A DNA stretch of 64,000 nucleotides from an uncultured Verrucomicrobiae bacterium (GCA_963834385.1 CAWIBO010000002.1:384001-448000); one strand, 5' to 3'; positions 39,921-50,318 are shown, counted from the first letter of the stretch. Program-made: numbers and translations. The notes: a model not told the origin generated them from the letters alone.

Positions 39921-40260
39921 GAATGAATTAGGAAATAGGAAAGCGGGAAAGGGAATGAATTTGGAAGCCAGGAAGAAAAATGAATCAGGAAATAGGAAAG
40001 CAGGAAGAGGGACGGGAATTACTTTTGGTCCCGAACAATTTCTGCCTTCTTACTTCAGCCTTCAACTTCCCCCGTCCTCTCTGCGATCTCTGCGTCTCTG
40101 TGGTTTAAATTTGGAAACCAGGAAGCCAGGAAGAGGAATGAATCAGGAAATAGGAAAGCAGGAAGGCGAATGAATTTGGTTCCCAGTATTCTGCCTGCTT
40201 CCCTCAGCCTTCACCCTTCTCCCCAACCCGCCTCTGCGTCCTCCGCGCCTCTGCGGTAAA
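39921..40260 (+). repeat. Tandem ~155-bp composite repeat array (right of vapBC)
   Basis: Partial unit at 39926, units at 39983 and 40141; 41-nt block 40088-40128 identical to 38914-38954. Confidence 0.85.
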
Positions 40261-40274
40261 AAAAGAAAACGAAG

Positions 40275-41435
40275 TCAGTTTTTCTCCTTAAAGAACTCTT
40301 TGGCGCGGTCGAAGAAACTTTTGTGCAGCGGAGTGTTGTCCTCCCCGCAGAGCTCGGCGAATTCCTCCAGCTTCTTTTTCTGCTCGGAGTTGAGCCGGGT
40401 CGGCACTTCCACCAGCACCCGGGCGAAGAGATCGCCCTTTTCGCGCCCGTTCACGTTGATCACGCCTTTGCCGCGCAGCTTGAAAACCTGGCCGGTCTGG
40501 GTCCCCGCCGGCACCTTCACGTTCGCCTTGCCCTGCAGGGTCGGGACCGGGACCTCGCCCCCGAGCGCGGCAATGGCAAAGGAGATCGGCACCTCGCAGT
40601 AAAGGTTGTCCTCCTCGCGCTGAAACACCGTGTGCTCCCGGACGTGGATGACGACATAAAGATCCCCCTGGCCGCCGCCCCGGATCCCAGCCTCCCCGTT
40701 GCCGGTGGAGCGAAGACGCGAGCCATCGGCGATCCCCGCGGGGATCTTGAGCTTGATCCGCGAAGAGTTCTCGACCCGGCCTTCCCCGCCGCAGACGTGG
40801 CACGGTTTCTCGACGATCTGCCCGGCGCCCCGGCAGCGGGGGCAGGTCTGAGAGACCTGGAAAAAGCCGCGGGAACTGATCACCTGGCCGCGGCCGGCGC
40901 AGGTGGGACAATTGATCGTGCGCGATCCGCTCTCGGCCCCGGACCCGTCGCATTCGCCGCAGGCATCGAGCTTGCGCACCTCGATCTCCTTCTCCACCCC
41001 GAAAGCCGCCTCCTCGAGCGTGATCTGCATGTCGTAACGCAGGTCTGAACCGCGTTGCCGTCCCTCACGATCAGGCCCGCCGCCGCCAAAGAACGATTCG
41101 AAGATGCCGGCGCCGCCGCCGCCGGCCGCGCCAAAGACCTCGCGAAAGATATCAAACGGATCGTGAAACCCGCCGCCGCGGCCAAACCCGGCGGTCCCCT
41201 GCGCAAAAGCGGCATGGCCGTAGCGGTCGTAGGCGGCCCGCTTCTCCGGGTCCATCAGGACGTCGTACGCTTCGCCCAGCTCCTTGAACCGTTCCTCCGC
41301 GTGCGGATCGTCCGGGTTTTTATCGGGGTGATTCTTGACCGCGGCCTTGCGATAGGAACGCTTGATCTCCTCCGGCCCGGCCTCGCGCGGGACATCGAGA
41401 ACTTCGTAATAATCGCGTTTGCTTGCCTTGGCCAT
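40275..41435 (-). CDS. dnaJ: Chaperone DnaJ
   Basis: HPDKNP J-domain, G/F region, four CxxCxGxG repeats. Confidence 0.97.
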   Translation of the reverse strand: MAKASKRDYYEVLDVPREAGPEEIKRSYRKAAVKNHPDKNPDDPHAEERFKELGEAYDVLMDPEKRAAYDRYGHAAFAQGTAGFGRGGGFHDPFDIFREVFGAAGGGGAGIFESFFGGGGPDREGRQRGSDLRYDMQITLEEAAFGVEKEIEVRKLDACGECDGSGAESGSRTINCPTCAGRGQVISSRGFFQVSQTCPRCRGAGQIVEKPCHVCGGEGRVENSSRIKLKIPAGIADGSRLRSTGNGEAGIRGGGQGDLYVVIHVREHTVFQREEDNLYCEVPISFAIAALGGEVPVPTLQGKANVKVPAGTQTGQVFKLRGKGVINVNGREKGDLFARVLVEVPTRLNSEQKKKLEEFAELCGEDNTPLHKSFFDRAKEFFKEKN

Positions 41436-41487
41436 GCTTCAGTCTCTCGGATGCAACGGGGACGTGAGGGAATCCCGCGTTTCTCTC

Positions 41488-42015
41488 CTAGGCGGCGGGC
41501 CCGCTGGAGACGACTACGCTGGAGGGCCGGAGCAGGCGGTCCTTGAAACGGTAGCCGCGCCGGGTCTGGCGCAAAACCACGCCCTCGGGAACGTCGCCGC
41601 TCGGTTCGCGCGCGATGGCCTCGTGCTGGTTGGGATCGAACGGCTGACCTTCGGCCTCGATCGGTTTCAGGCCGTTGTCGGCCAGGAAATCGTCGAGCTG
41701 TTTGCGGACCATGCTCATGCCGGAATAAATGGGCGAGTTTTCGCCTTCATCCCTGGCCGCGGAAAGCCCGAGCTCAAAGTTGTCGATGATGGCCACGAGC
41801 CGTTCAAGGAGCGAAGTGTTGGCGTACTTGATCGCCTCCTCCTTCTCGCGCGCGGTGCGCTTTTTGTAGTTCTCGAAGTCGGCCTGGCTGCGCAGGGCAA
41901 GGTCGCGAAAACGGTCAAGGTCGGCCTGGAGGGTGGCGTTGATATCCTCCTCGCCCTCGGGCTGTTCGTTCTCGATTGGTTCCTGGTCTGTTTCGGTCTG
42001 GTCGGAAGGTTTCAT
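41488..42015 (-). CDS. grpE: Nucleotide exchange factor GrpE
   Basis: ADFENYKKR, FDPNQHEA, GY...RLLRPSSVVV. Confidence 0.96.
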   Translation of the reverse strand: MKPSDQTETDQEPIENEQPEGEEDINATLQADLDRFRDLALRSQADFENYKKRTAREKEEAIKYANTSLLERLVAIIDNFELGLSAARDEGENSPIYSGMSMVRKQLDDFLADNGLKPIEAEGQPFDPNQHEAIAREPSGDVPEGVVLRQTRRGYRFKDRLLRPSSVVVSSGPAA

Positions 42016-43448
42016 GTTCTGCGTATGGCGATGACGGTGATGTCATCGCTTTGTGGATGGGAACCGACAAAGGCCCGCACGTCTTCAACAAGACGATTGA
42101 TAACCGCGGTGGCTCCCTCGCCGGCGCTGGCCCGAACCGATTGCATCATGCGTTCGGGACCAAATTCGTCCCCGTTCGCGTCGAGCGCTTCCGTGATGCC
42201 GTCCGTGTAAAAGACGAGACAATCATCGCGTTCGAGCTCGACCGAAAAATCCTTGGTGATCCTATCGAACACGTCCCCGCTGTCAATTCCGAGGACCATC
42301 CCGGGGGGCTTGAGCGGCTCGACCGTGCGCGTCTTGCGCTTGTAAAGCAGCGGGGCGTCGTGCCCCGCGCGGGTCAGGGTGATGGTGTGCCGGCGATGAT
42401 CAAGGATGGCGTAGGCCATGCTGATGAACATGTCCTCCCGGATGTCGGGATAGAGCTGGCGGTTGACCCGCTGGAGGACCTGCGCGGGCGAGGCGTTCCC
42501 CGGGGCCTGGCTGCGCAGGACGCTGCGGCAAATGGCCATGATGAGCGACGCCGGCACGCCCTTGCCCGAGACGTCGGCAATGGCCACGCCCAGGCGGTCC
42601 GGGTCGACCTCCAGGTAATCGAAATAATCGCCGCTGACCTGGCGGGCGGCAATGTTCAGGCCGTTGATCTCGAAGCCGTCGATCTTCGGCGGCTCGGAGG
42701 GGAGGAGGATGCGCTGGATGTCGCGCGCGATCTCGAGGTCGTGGTCGAGCCGCTTCTTCTCGTTCGCCTCCGAGTAGATGATGGCGTTGTAGAGGGCAAA
42801 GGCCGATTGCTCCGAGATCGACTTGAAAACGACGAAGTCGCTCTGGGTGAAAGGGGCGCTCATGGGACCGTTGCCGAGGGCCAGCGCGCCCAGGCTTTGC
42901 CGGCCGTAAAGGAGCGGCGTGACCATGACCGAGGAGGCGCCCAGCGAGGTGTGGCGGAGCTTGGCCAGCTCGGGCGCGGCGGCGAGATCCTCCAGCAGGA
43001 CAGGCTGGCCGGAGGACCACGACCGACCGATCAAGCCTTCGTCGGCCCCGATGGTGCGCATGCGCAGGTAGCTGTCGAGGGCCACAGGGGTCACCGCCGC
43101 CTGTTGCAGGATGTGATCGGGCACCTCGATCAGCGGCGGGCAGCCCTTGGAAACGAAGGCGGGGACAAGGCGGGTGCCGGTCCGGTCCACCACGTAAAGC
43201 GTGCCGCCGTGGGCGTCGAGGATGCGGGTGGCCCCTTCCACGATCAACCGATGCAGATCGCCCGGGCGAATCGTCTCGCGGAAGGCTTCGCCGAGACCGT
43301 GCAGAAAATCGAAGACGAGCGTTTCCTCAACCTGCAGCTCCTCCTTGGAACGCTCGACGCTGCGGATGCGCCGCCAGAGCAGGCGGGCGGTGATGGCCCA
43401 GCCCAGGAGAGACGCCACCAGCAAACCGAAAAGAACGGTGGTCCCCAT
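42012..43448 (-). CDS. GAF plus PP2C/SpoIIE phosphatase (RsbU-like)
   Basis: N-terminal TM, GAF, VSGDYFD, ADVSGKG, YTDGITEA, DDIT. Confidence 0.92.
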   Translation of the reverse strand: MGTTVLFGLLVASLLGWAITARLLWRRIRSVERSKEELQVEETLVFDFLHGLGEAFRETIRPGDLHRLIVEGATRILDAHGGTLYVVDRTGTRLVPAFVSKGCPPLIEVPDHILQQAAVTPVALDSYLRMRTIGADEGLIGRSWSSGQPVLLEDLAAAPELAKLRHTSLGASSVMVTPLLYGRQSLGALALGNGPMSAPFTQSDFVVFKSISEQSAFALYNAIIYSEANEKKRLDHDLEIARDIQRILLPSEPPKIDGFEINGLNIAARQVSGDYFDYLEVDPDRLGVAIADVSGKGVPASLIMAICRSVLRSQAPGNASPAQVLQRVNRQLYPDIREDMFISMAYAILDHRRHTITLTRAGHDAPLLYKRKTRTVEPLKPPGMVLGIDSGDVFDRITKDFSVELERDDCLVFYTDGITEALDANGDEFGPERMMQSVRASAGEGATAVINRLVEDVRAFVGSHPQSDDITVIAIRRT

Positions 43449-43466
43449 GGCGTCAGGTGCGGACGC

Positions 43467-43985
43467 TTATTTGGCCGCCGTTTCCTTTTGCAGGTCCTGT
43501 TTCAGGTAATCAAGGACGTCCTTGAAGCGCGTCAGGTTCTCGGGCGCGGCTTCGCAAAGCGCTTCGTGGGCGTCCAGCATCGTCCGGGCCTCGGCGTTGC
43601 CGCTTCCCCCCGCGGCCGGCTTTTCCCCGGCCGACCCGGCCAGCGATTCGCAGCGCGGCGCGGTGGTCCCGTTGGAATCAATGCTGAAAATCTGGTCGAG
43701 TCCGAGGCCGGAAAGAAGATCACGGCTGCGCGGGCCGCAGTGCACCACGTGAACGTGTCCATCGCCGATCTCCTTCAGGCGCAGGGCCACCCCCGCCATC
43801 GTCCCCATGAAAGTGGAATCCATCATGGCGCAGTTCTTCAGGTCGACGAAAAATTCGCGGTAGCCGCGGTTGACCATCTCGCGGGCAAACTCCTTCAAAT
43901 TCCCGCTGTTCAGGAAACTCCCCCGTCCTTCCACCCTGACCCAGACGGCCGGGCCATTGACGCCCACTTGAATCGACGACTGCAC
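43467..43985 (-). CDS. STAS anti-sigma factor antagonist
   Basis: VDLKNCAMMDSTFMG phospho-Ser motif; C-terminal AHEAL extension. Confidence 0.9.
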   Translation of the reverse strand: MQSSIQVGVNGPAVWVRVEGRGSFLNSGNLKEFAREMVNRGYREFFVDLKNCAMMDSTFMGTMAGVALRLKEIGDGHVHVVHCGPRSRDLLSGLGLDQIFSIDSNGTTAPRCESLAGSAGEKPAAGGSGNAEARTMLDAHEALCEAAPENLTRFKDVLDYLKQDLQKETAAK

Positions 43986-44088
43986 GACTTGAGAAAAACT
44001 ATAAGATCGCCCTCTGGAGTGTCAAACCTCGCTGGGGGGTTCCGGGGGGCGCCTGCTGAAATAAATGACTCATGGGCAGGCGCTTGTT

Positions 44089-44673
44089 TTACCTCCAGAG
44101 ATAGGATCGTTCCTCGGCCACGATCCGACCGTCGGCAAGGAGAAGGCAGCGCCAGGCGATGACCCGCCCTTCATCCTGATAATCGTCCCCGATGAGGGCA
44201 AACTCGGTTTTGTGGCTCCCCCGCCCGTCCGGGTAGCGCACCTCGCGCGCCTGCAAAAGCGAGCGCGTCTTCTCCTGCCGGTATTCCAGGCGCACGGTCA
44301 CCTCCCCTTCACGGCGCGACCGCCAGAAAAAATCGAAGTAGGTGCCGAAGCGCTGCCGCCGGTCGTAATCCGTGACCGCGCCGAAAAGCCGGTATTGCTT
44401 CTCAAAGGCAATGGAGGCGTCGGTCCCCTCGTCCTTGCTCCCGCGGGTCGGTTTGGTGGCCTTGCCCGCCCGGGAAAGACTGGCCGCGGTCTCGAACCCC
44501 TGCCGCTGGTCGGTCAGGTGAAAAATCTTGGTTTTCCGGAATTCGAAGGCTGGATCCAGCGCGGTCGGAACCTTGTCCACCGTGACCAGGACCTGCGCCC
44601 GCGGCTTTTCCGCGGCCGGCAGGGAGGCCGTCCACGCCGCGAGAAAGACCGCCAGGGCCGCGAATTTCACCAT
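44089..44673 (-). CDS. Secreted hypothetical protein
   Basis: Signal peptide MVKFAALAVFLAAW; ends GRVIAWR...SYLW. Confidence 0.7.
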   Translation of the reverse strand: MVKFAALAVFLAAWTASLPAAEKPRAQVLVTVDKVPTALDPAFEFRKTKIFHLTDQRQGFETAASLSRAGKATKPTRGSKDEGTDASIAFEKQYRLFGAVTDYDRRQRFGTYFDFFWRSRREGEVTVRLEYRQEKTRSLLQAREVRYPDGRGSHKTEFALIGDDYQDEGRVIAWRCLLLADGRIVAEERSYLWR

Positions 44674-44759
44674 GGGGGCAATCAAACCGGTTCGCGCGCG
44701 CCCTGTCAACGCGTCTGGTTCGCGGTTTCCGGCACGACTTTCCAGGCGTAATCTCCGGC

Positions 44760-47457
44760 GTGATCGACGTTCGGTTTGAGCGGGGCATTCATCTCCCGAA
44801 ACATGATCTCTGGCTGGATCCATGGGACGCCCGGGAACTCGCCTTTGTCTCGCACGCGCACAGCGACCATATCGCGGCCCACCGCGAGATCATCGTTTCC
44901 GAGCGAACCTCGCGCCTGATGCAGGCACGGTTGCCGGGCGAGCGCCGCGAGCATGTCCTGGCTTTCGGCGAAACGCGGTCCTGGCCCGGCCTGGAGGTGA
45001 CGCTTCTCCCGGCCGGCCACATTTTTGGGTCGGCCCAGTTTTTCGGCGAGACGGACGCGGGCTCCGTCCTTTACACGGGCGACTTCAAGCTGCGCCCCGG
45101 GCTCTCGGCCGAGCCGGCGGAATGGCGCCGGGCCGACACCCTCATCATGGAGACGACCTTTGGCCTGCCGCGCTACCGGTTCCCGCCCACCGAGGAAGTG
45201 GTGCGCGAGATCGTGACCTTTTGCCGGGAAGCGCTGGAGGAGGGCATCACGCCGGTGCTGCTCGGTTACTCGCTCGGCAAGGCGCAGGAAATTCTCTGCG
45301 CGCTCGGCCAGGCCGGCCTCCGACCGATGCTGCATGGCGCGGTTCATCGCATGACGCGCATCTACGAGCAGTTCGGTCAGGCCTTTTGCGCGATACGACC
45401 GCTACGCCGCGGACAAGATCGACGGGCACGTGCTGATCTGTCCGCCGAGCGCAAACCGTTCGCGCATGCTGGAGAAAATCCCGCGGAAACGCGTGGCCAT
45501 GATCAGCGGTTGGGCGGTCGATCCCGGGGCGATTTACCGTTACCAGGCCGATGCCGCTTTTGCGCTCTCCGACCATGCCGACTACCCCGATCTCATCCGC
45601 TACGTGGAGCTGGTGCAACCGCGGCGGGTCCTGACCCTGCACGGGTTCGCGGCCGAATTCGCGCGCGACCTGCGCGACCGCGGTCTCGAGGCCTGGGCGC
45701 TCACGGGCGACAACCAGCTCGAGCTGACCCTCGGCGCGGTGGCAAACCCGGCGCCGGTGGCGAGGGTGCGCGAGACTCCCGCGGAAGTGGCCTCCGAGTT
45801 TCGCGACTTTGCCGAGCTGGGCCAACGGATCGGGGCGACCCCGGCCAAGCTGGAGAAGATCAGGCTCCTGGCCGAGTACCTCCGCGGCCTGACACCGGAC
45901 CAGCTCCCGGTCATCACCATTTATCTCACCGGGAAAGCCTTTGCGCAGAGTGATCCGCGCACGTTGCAGGTGGGCTGGTCCGTGGTCTACCGCGCTCTTT
46001 TGCGCGCTGCGGGCCTGAGCGAACCCGAGTTTCGGCGGCTGGCCAGCAGCCATGGGGACGCCGGCAAGACCGCGTTCGAGGCGCTGGAGAACCGGACAAC
46101 ACCGGAACCATTTTCCATCGCGGCTTCGCACGCCCTTTTCGAAGCCCTGCAACAAACGCGGGGACCGGTGGCCAAGGCTGAGCTGCTGGCGCAACAACTG
46201 GCCCGCCTGTCCGCGCGGGAAGGCCAGTATGTGGTCAAGATTCTCACCGGCGACCTGCGCATCGGGTTGCGGGAAGGGCTGGTGGAAGAGGCGATCGCGG
46301 CAGCCTTCGAGGCGGAACTCGAGGAGGTAAAGGAAGCCCACATGCTCCTGGGTGACATCGGCAAAACGGCGCTCCTGGCCGCGCAAAAGGCGCTGCACCA
46401 GGCGGAACTTTCGCTCTTCCGCCCGATCAAATGCATGCTGGCCAGCCCGGAACCGACCGCGGAAGCGATCTGGGAACGGTTCCGCGACGGGACGACGTCC
46501 CCGGTGGTTTACGTGGAGGACAAGTTTGACGGGATCCGGGCGCAACTGCACCGCAGCAAGGAACGGGTCGAAATTTTTTCGCGCGACCTGCGACGGATCA
46601 CCGGGCAGTTCGGCGACCTGGCCGCGGCGGCGGCCGGGCTCGAGGGCGACCTGATCCTGGACGGCGAGATCATCGCCTACGAGAAAGGCGAGCGCCTGAC
46701 CTTCTTCGACCTGCAAAAACGGCTCGGGCGCAGGACGGAGGGAGCCGACCTATTCTCGGAGACCTCGGCGAGCGTGCCGGTGGCTTTTGTTGCCTTCGAC
46801 CTGCTTTACCAGGACGGGCGGTCCCTGCTCCGCGTTCCGTTGAGCGAACGCCGCGAGGCGTTACGCCGCCTGGAGCTGTCGTCGCCCTTTCAGGTGGCGG
46901 AGGTTTCGCCCGCGACTTCCGCGGTGGAGATCGAAGCGGCCTTTGCCGCGGCTCGCGAACGCGCGAACGAAGGACTGATGGTGAAAGACGCCGCCAGTTT
47001 CTATTCGCCCGGCCGGCGGGGCCTCTTCTGGTTCAAGCTCAAGAAGGAGCTGGCCACGCTCGACGTCGTGGTGGTCGCGGCGGAGCTGGGCCACGGGAAA
47101 CGAAATCACGTCCTAAGCGATTACACCTTCGCCGTGCGCGACGAGAAGACGGGCGAGCTGCTCACCATCGGCAAGGCTTACAGCGGCCTGACCGACGTGG
47201 AGATCGCCGAGCTGACCGCGCACTTCAAAAAGAACACGATTGAAAACCGGGGGCGTTACCGCCGGGTGAAACCAAACGTGGTCCTCGAAGTGGCGTTCGA
47301 CTCCATCCAGCCGAGCCCGCGACACGCCAGCGGCCTGGCCCTGCGGTTCCCGCGGATCAAGGCGATTCGCACCGACAAAGGGGTGGACGCCATCGACACC
47401 CTGGAGCACGCCCGCAAACTGGCGGCCGCGCAGGGGTTCGCCCTGCCCGCGGCCTGA
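44760..47457 (+). CDS. MBL/beta-CASP exonuclease fused to ATP-dependent DNA ligase (+1 frameshift near 45393)
   Basis: SHAHSDH, AGHIFGS, YTGD, GYSLGKAQE, LSDHAD; ligase EDKFDG, EGLMVK, ALRFPR. Confidence 0.88.
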
Positions 47458-47466
47458 GCGGACCGC

Positions 47467-49401
47467 TTACTCGCCCTCGGCAGGCGATGGGGACTCCGCC
47501 GGTGATTCACCTTCCTCTTCGTCGGCGTCGTCCGATTCAGCGCCCTTCTTCTTTTTCTTTTCCTTTCGCTCTTTTTTGGCGCGTTTTTTCTCCGCTTTCG
47601 CGTCGTCGTCCGAGGTTTCCGCAGCCGCGTCAGGCGTTGGACTCGGGTCCAATGTTTCCGTGCGCGGCGGCGGGGTGGGCGCACCGCTGTCGAGCACACG
47701 GGTGCTCCCGGCTTCGCGGGCTTGTTCCGCCTGGAAAGGCTGTTGTTGTTCCGTCGCAGCCCGATCCACCCGATCGCGAATGGCCGCGCCTCCGTCCGGC
47801 GCGTTGGCCCCGGAAGCGTCTCCGTCTTCGGCACTCTCCGCGGACGGCGTCGAGGTCACCGCGGGCGCGGGGGACGGCGACGGGGTTGCCGGTGGCAGGG
47901 TCGCCGTGGCGACCGGCGTCACGGATGGCGACGGATTGACGGCGCCGCGATCACGGCCACCCCGGCGCCCAGTCGGCGACGGCTCGGCCGTTGCCGCCGG
48001 ACTGGTGGTCGCGGCCGGGGAAGGTGTGGCCGCCGGTTCCGCGGTGGCGGCCGAAACCGGTGTCACTGCGGGGCTGGCGGTTGCGGCGGGTGTCGGGGTC
48101 GTGTTCCGCTCACCACGAGGGGAACGGATGGGCGAAGCAGCCGGTGCCGGTGATTCGGCCGGTGTCGCCGTGGCGGCAGGGGCCGCTGTCGCGGCGGGGC
48201 TGGTCTCGCCCGCGGGAGATGTCGCCGGCGCAGGCGCGGCCGCTTCCACAGGCTTCTCGAAACTCGGCGGCGGCGCATCAGGCGGCGGGGTGGCTTCGGC
48301 CTTCATTTTGCGGCGCAGCTTTTTCTGCTCGCCGCCTTCCTGCATGGCGGCCCAGCCAAGGTCAACCGTGGCCGTGGCAAGGCGCTGCCGCACGGTGGGC
48401 GGGCGGACCGGTTCGCCCATGGGAATGATCTCGGGCGCCGGCATGGCAATCACTTCGCCGCGGAGAATCGGACGGGGCTGCGCCTCGTTGAAGGTGGTCT
48501 GGCGCTCCAGCCGCATCCGCTCGATCGGGCGCCGGCTCCGGCGGCGGATATTTTCGAAATCCGGCCCCTGGTTCACCACCACCGTGTTCTGGTAGGTGAT
48601 ATTGGTCACGTTCACGGTGTTGTTGATGATGGTGACGTTGCGTTCCCGCGGTACCACGGAGCGCCGGACTTCGTCCGCCCCCATCTGGTCGACGGGAACA
48701 AAGACATACTGGTCGGGCCCGATCTCGTAGTAACTGTCGGCCCAGCGCTGAATGCCGCGGCCGCGCTCAAAGCGAGCCTCGGGGGGCAATGGGGCCCAGC
48801 CGACATAATCATCGCTCGTGCGCCAGGAGACCCAGGCGGGGGCCCATTGGTCACCCGGAACCCAGACCCAGCCAACGCCGCGGAGGCGGGTCCAGCGTCC
48901 ATAGTGATAGGTGGCCCAGCCATACGGTTCATCCGAGGCCCAGGTCCAGCCGGCGTCGGTATAAACCCAGCGGCCGTTGGTGTAAGGGCGCCAGTTGCTG
49001 GCGCTTTCGGCCTCGGCCGGCTGCCAGACATACCCGTAATTGTCGGTCTCAAACCAGGCGCCGTGCGGTTCAAGTTTCCGGTAGAAAGTGTTGTAAGAGG
49101 AGGCGTCCGCGCGGCCCCCGGCGGAACGGCGCGGTTCGTCCGTCTGCCGGCGGCCACCGCGCGGGGCGCGCGGCGTGGCCGTAGGCGCAGCGGCGGCCAG
49201 TTCCTTTTCCTGGAGTTCCTGCTCGCGCGCTTCAAGTTCCTCCTGCCGCCGGGCCAGCTCGTCGGCCTCACGTTCGGCCGCGAGGCGTTGCTGCACTTCG
49301 CGCTCGACCTCGGCGCGGCGTATTTCGTCGGATTGTTCCTCGGTGCACGCGCCCAGAAGGAGGAAGGCGCCGAGCAGACTCAGGCGGAAGAGCTTGTTCA
49401 T
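47467..49401 (-). CDS. DUF6600 lipoprotein with Pro/Ala/Thr-rich tail
   Basis: LGAC lipobox; WRPYTNGRW...GWATYHYGRW...WAPAWVSW...VGWAPLPP. Confidence 0.85.
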   Translation of the reverse strand: MNKLFRLSLLGAFLLLGACTEEQSDEIRRAEVEREVQQRLAAEREADELARRQEELEAREQELQEKELAAAAPTATPRAPRGGRRQTDEPRRSAGGRADASSYNTFYRKLEPHGAWFETDNYGYVWQPAEAESASNWRPYTNGRWVYTDAGWTWASDEPYGWATYHYGRWTRLRGVGWVWVPGDQWAPAWVSWRTSDDYVGWAPLPPEARFERGRGIQRWADSYYEIGPDQYVFVPVDQMGADEVRRSVVPRERNVTIINNTVNVTNITYQNTVVVNQGPDFENIRRRSRRPIERMRLERQTTFNEAQPRPILRGEVIAMPAPEIIPMGEPVRPPTVRQRLATATVDLGWAAMQEGGEQKKLRRKMKAEATPPPDAPPPSFEKPVEAAAPAPATSPAGETSPAATAAPAATATPAESPAPAASPIRSPRGERNTTPTPAATASPAVTPVSAATAEPAATPSPAATTSPAATAEPSPTGRRGGRDRGAVNPSPSVTPVATATLPPATPSPSPAPAVTSTPSAESAEDGDASGANAPDGGAAIRDRVDRAATEQQQPFQAEQAREAGSTRVLDSGAPTPPPRTETLDPSPTPDAAAETSDDDAKAEKKRAKKERKEKKKKKGAESDDADEEEGESPAESPSPAEGE

Positions 49402-49477
49402 GGTCCAGTTTAGACCATCTCGCCCCTCTGTTATTCGAAATTAGCGAAAATGCGCCGGCCGGCGCGCGACCCGTGCC

Positions 49478-49690
49478 CTATTCGCCTCCGCCCTCTGGAG
49501 AAGGCGTGCCGGAGATCTCGCCCGGCGTGGCGGAAGAGGAGGGCGCAACGGTGGGCGACGGGGTTGAGATCGAAAACTCCTCCAGCCGACCCTCGTGCCA
49601 GCGTTGCCAGTTCAGGATCACGGCCAGCAGCAGAAACACCGCCAGGATCAAGGCCATCAAGGCAAGGCTGCCGCGTGAGATTTTTTCCAT
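49478..49690 (-). CDS. Small membrane protein
   Basis: ATG overlaps the plsC stop; one TM helix plus Ser/Thr/Pro tail. Confidence 0.55.
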   Translation of the reverse strand: MEKISRGSLALMALILAVFLLLAVILNWQRWHEGRLEEFSISTPSPTVAPSSSATPGEISGTPSPEGGGE

Positions 49691-50307
49691 TATTCTTCGA
49701 GGCGAATGGCGGCGATCGCGTCCATCACCCGCTGGCTGATGCGCTGGTAAGTTTCCTTGCCGCCCGGGGCGACATCCTCCGGCGTAAAATAAATCGGCTC
49801 GCCCACCACCACCGTGATCCGCGACAAGCGAATGCGGCTGCTGCCGCGCGGCCAGGCCTGGCGCGCCCCGAAAATGCGCATGGGCACGACCGGGGCCAGC
49901 GTCCGGGCGACGATAAGACCGAGCCCGGGCTGGGCCGGTTGCAGGTTGCCATCCAGGGTCCGGCCGCCCTCGGGAAATACCACGGTGCAATGCCCGGCCT
50001 TAAGCAGGCGAATCAGAATCTTGAGAGCGCTGCGGTCGCCTCCCTCCTGGTCCACCGGAATGACATTAAGCCGGGGAAGAAGCCACCCGAGCAGGGGCAG
50101 GTTGAGCAGACTTTTTCGCGCCAGAAAATAAACCGCGCGCGTGACCCCGATCCCGGCAAACGGCGGGTCGAGATAGCTCTCGTGGTTCATGGCGAAGATG
50201 GCGGGGCCCGACTCGATGAGCCGTTCCTGGTGAATGGCCCGAAAGCGAAAGAGGACTTTCGCGATGAGCTTGGAGAAGTTGTAGCAGACCCAGTAGGTTG
50301 GATTCAC
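49690..50307 (-). CDS. plsC: 1-acyl-sn-glycerol-3-phosphate acyltransferase
   Basis: NHESYLD, FPEGGR. Confidence 0.9.
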   Translation of the reverse strand: MNPTYWVCYNFSKLIAKVLFRFRAIHQERLIESGPAIFAMNHESYLDPPFAGIGVTRAVYFLARKSLLNLPLLGWLLPRLNVIPVDQEGGDRSALKILIRLLKAGHCTVVFPEGGRTLDGNLQPAQPGLGLIVARTLAPVVPMRIFGARQAWPRGSSRIRLSRITVVVGEPIYFTPEDVAPGGKETYQRISQRVMDAIAAIRLEE

Positions 50308-50318
50308 CGGTGGAAAAA

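Noticed and set aside
38937..40173. Small ORFs 38937-39137 and 39955-40173 (NQEIGKQE peptides), also 36949-37860
   Set aside because: Translations of the repeat units; frames are not preserved between units
38809..40260. Repeat array as CRISPR
   Set aside because: The period is ~155 bp, the segments between conserved blocks are homologous to each other rather than unique spacers, and there are no cas genes
41976..44162. 728-aa + strand ORF and similar long antisense ORFs (e.g. 5922-7292, 18781-20211, 21854-23170)
   Set aside because: Shadow ORFs opposite well-supported genes in high-GC DNA; no motifs
2590..45400. Programmed frameshifting at the split genes (near 2597, 4540, 45393)
   Set aside because: No slippery heptamers seen; scattered single-base indels fit consensus error better
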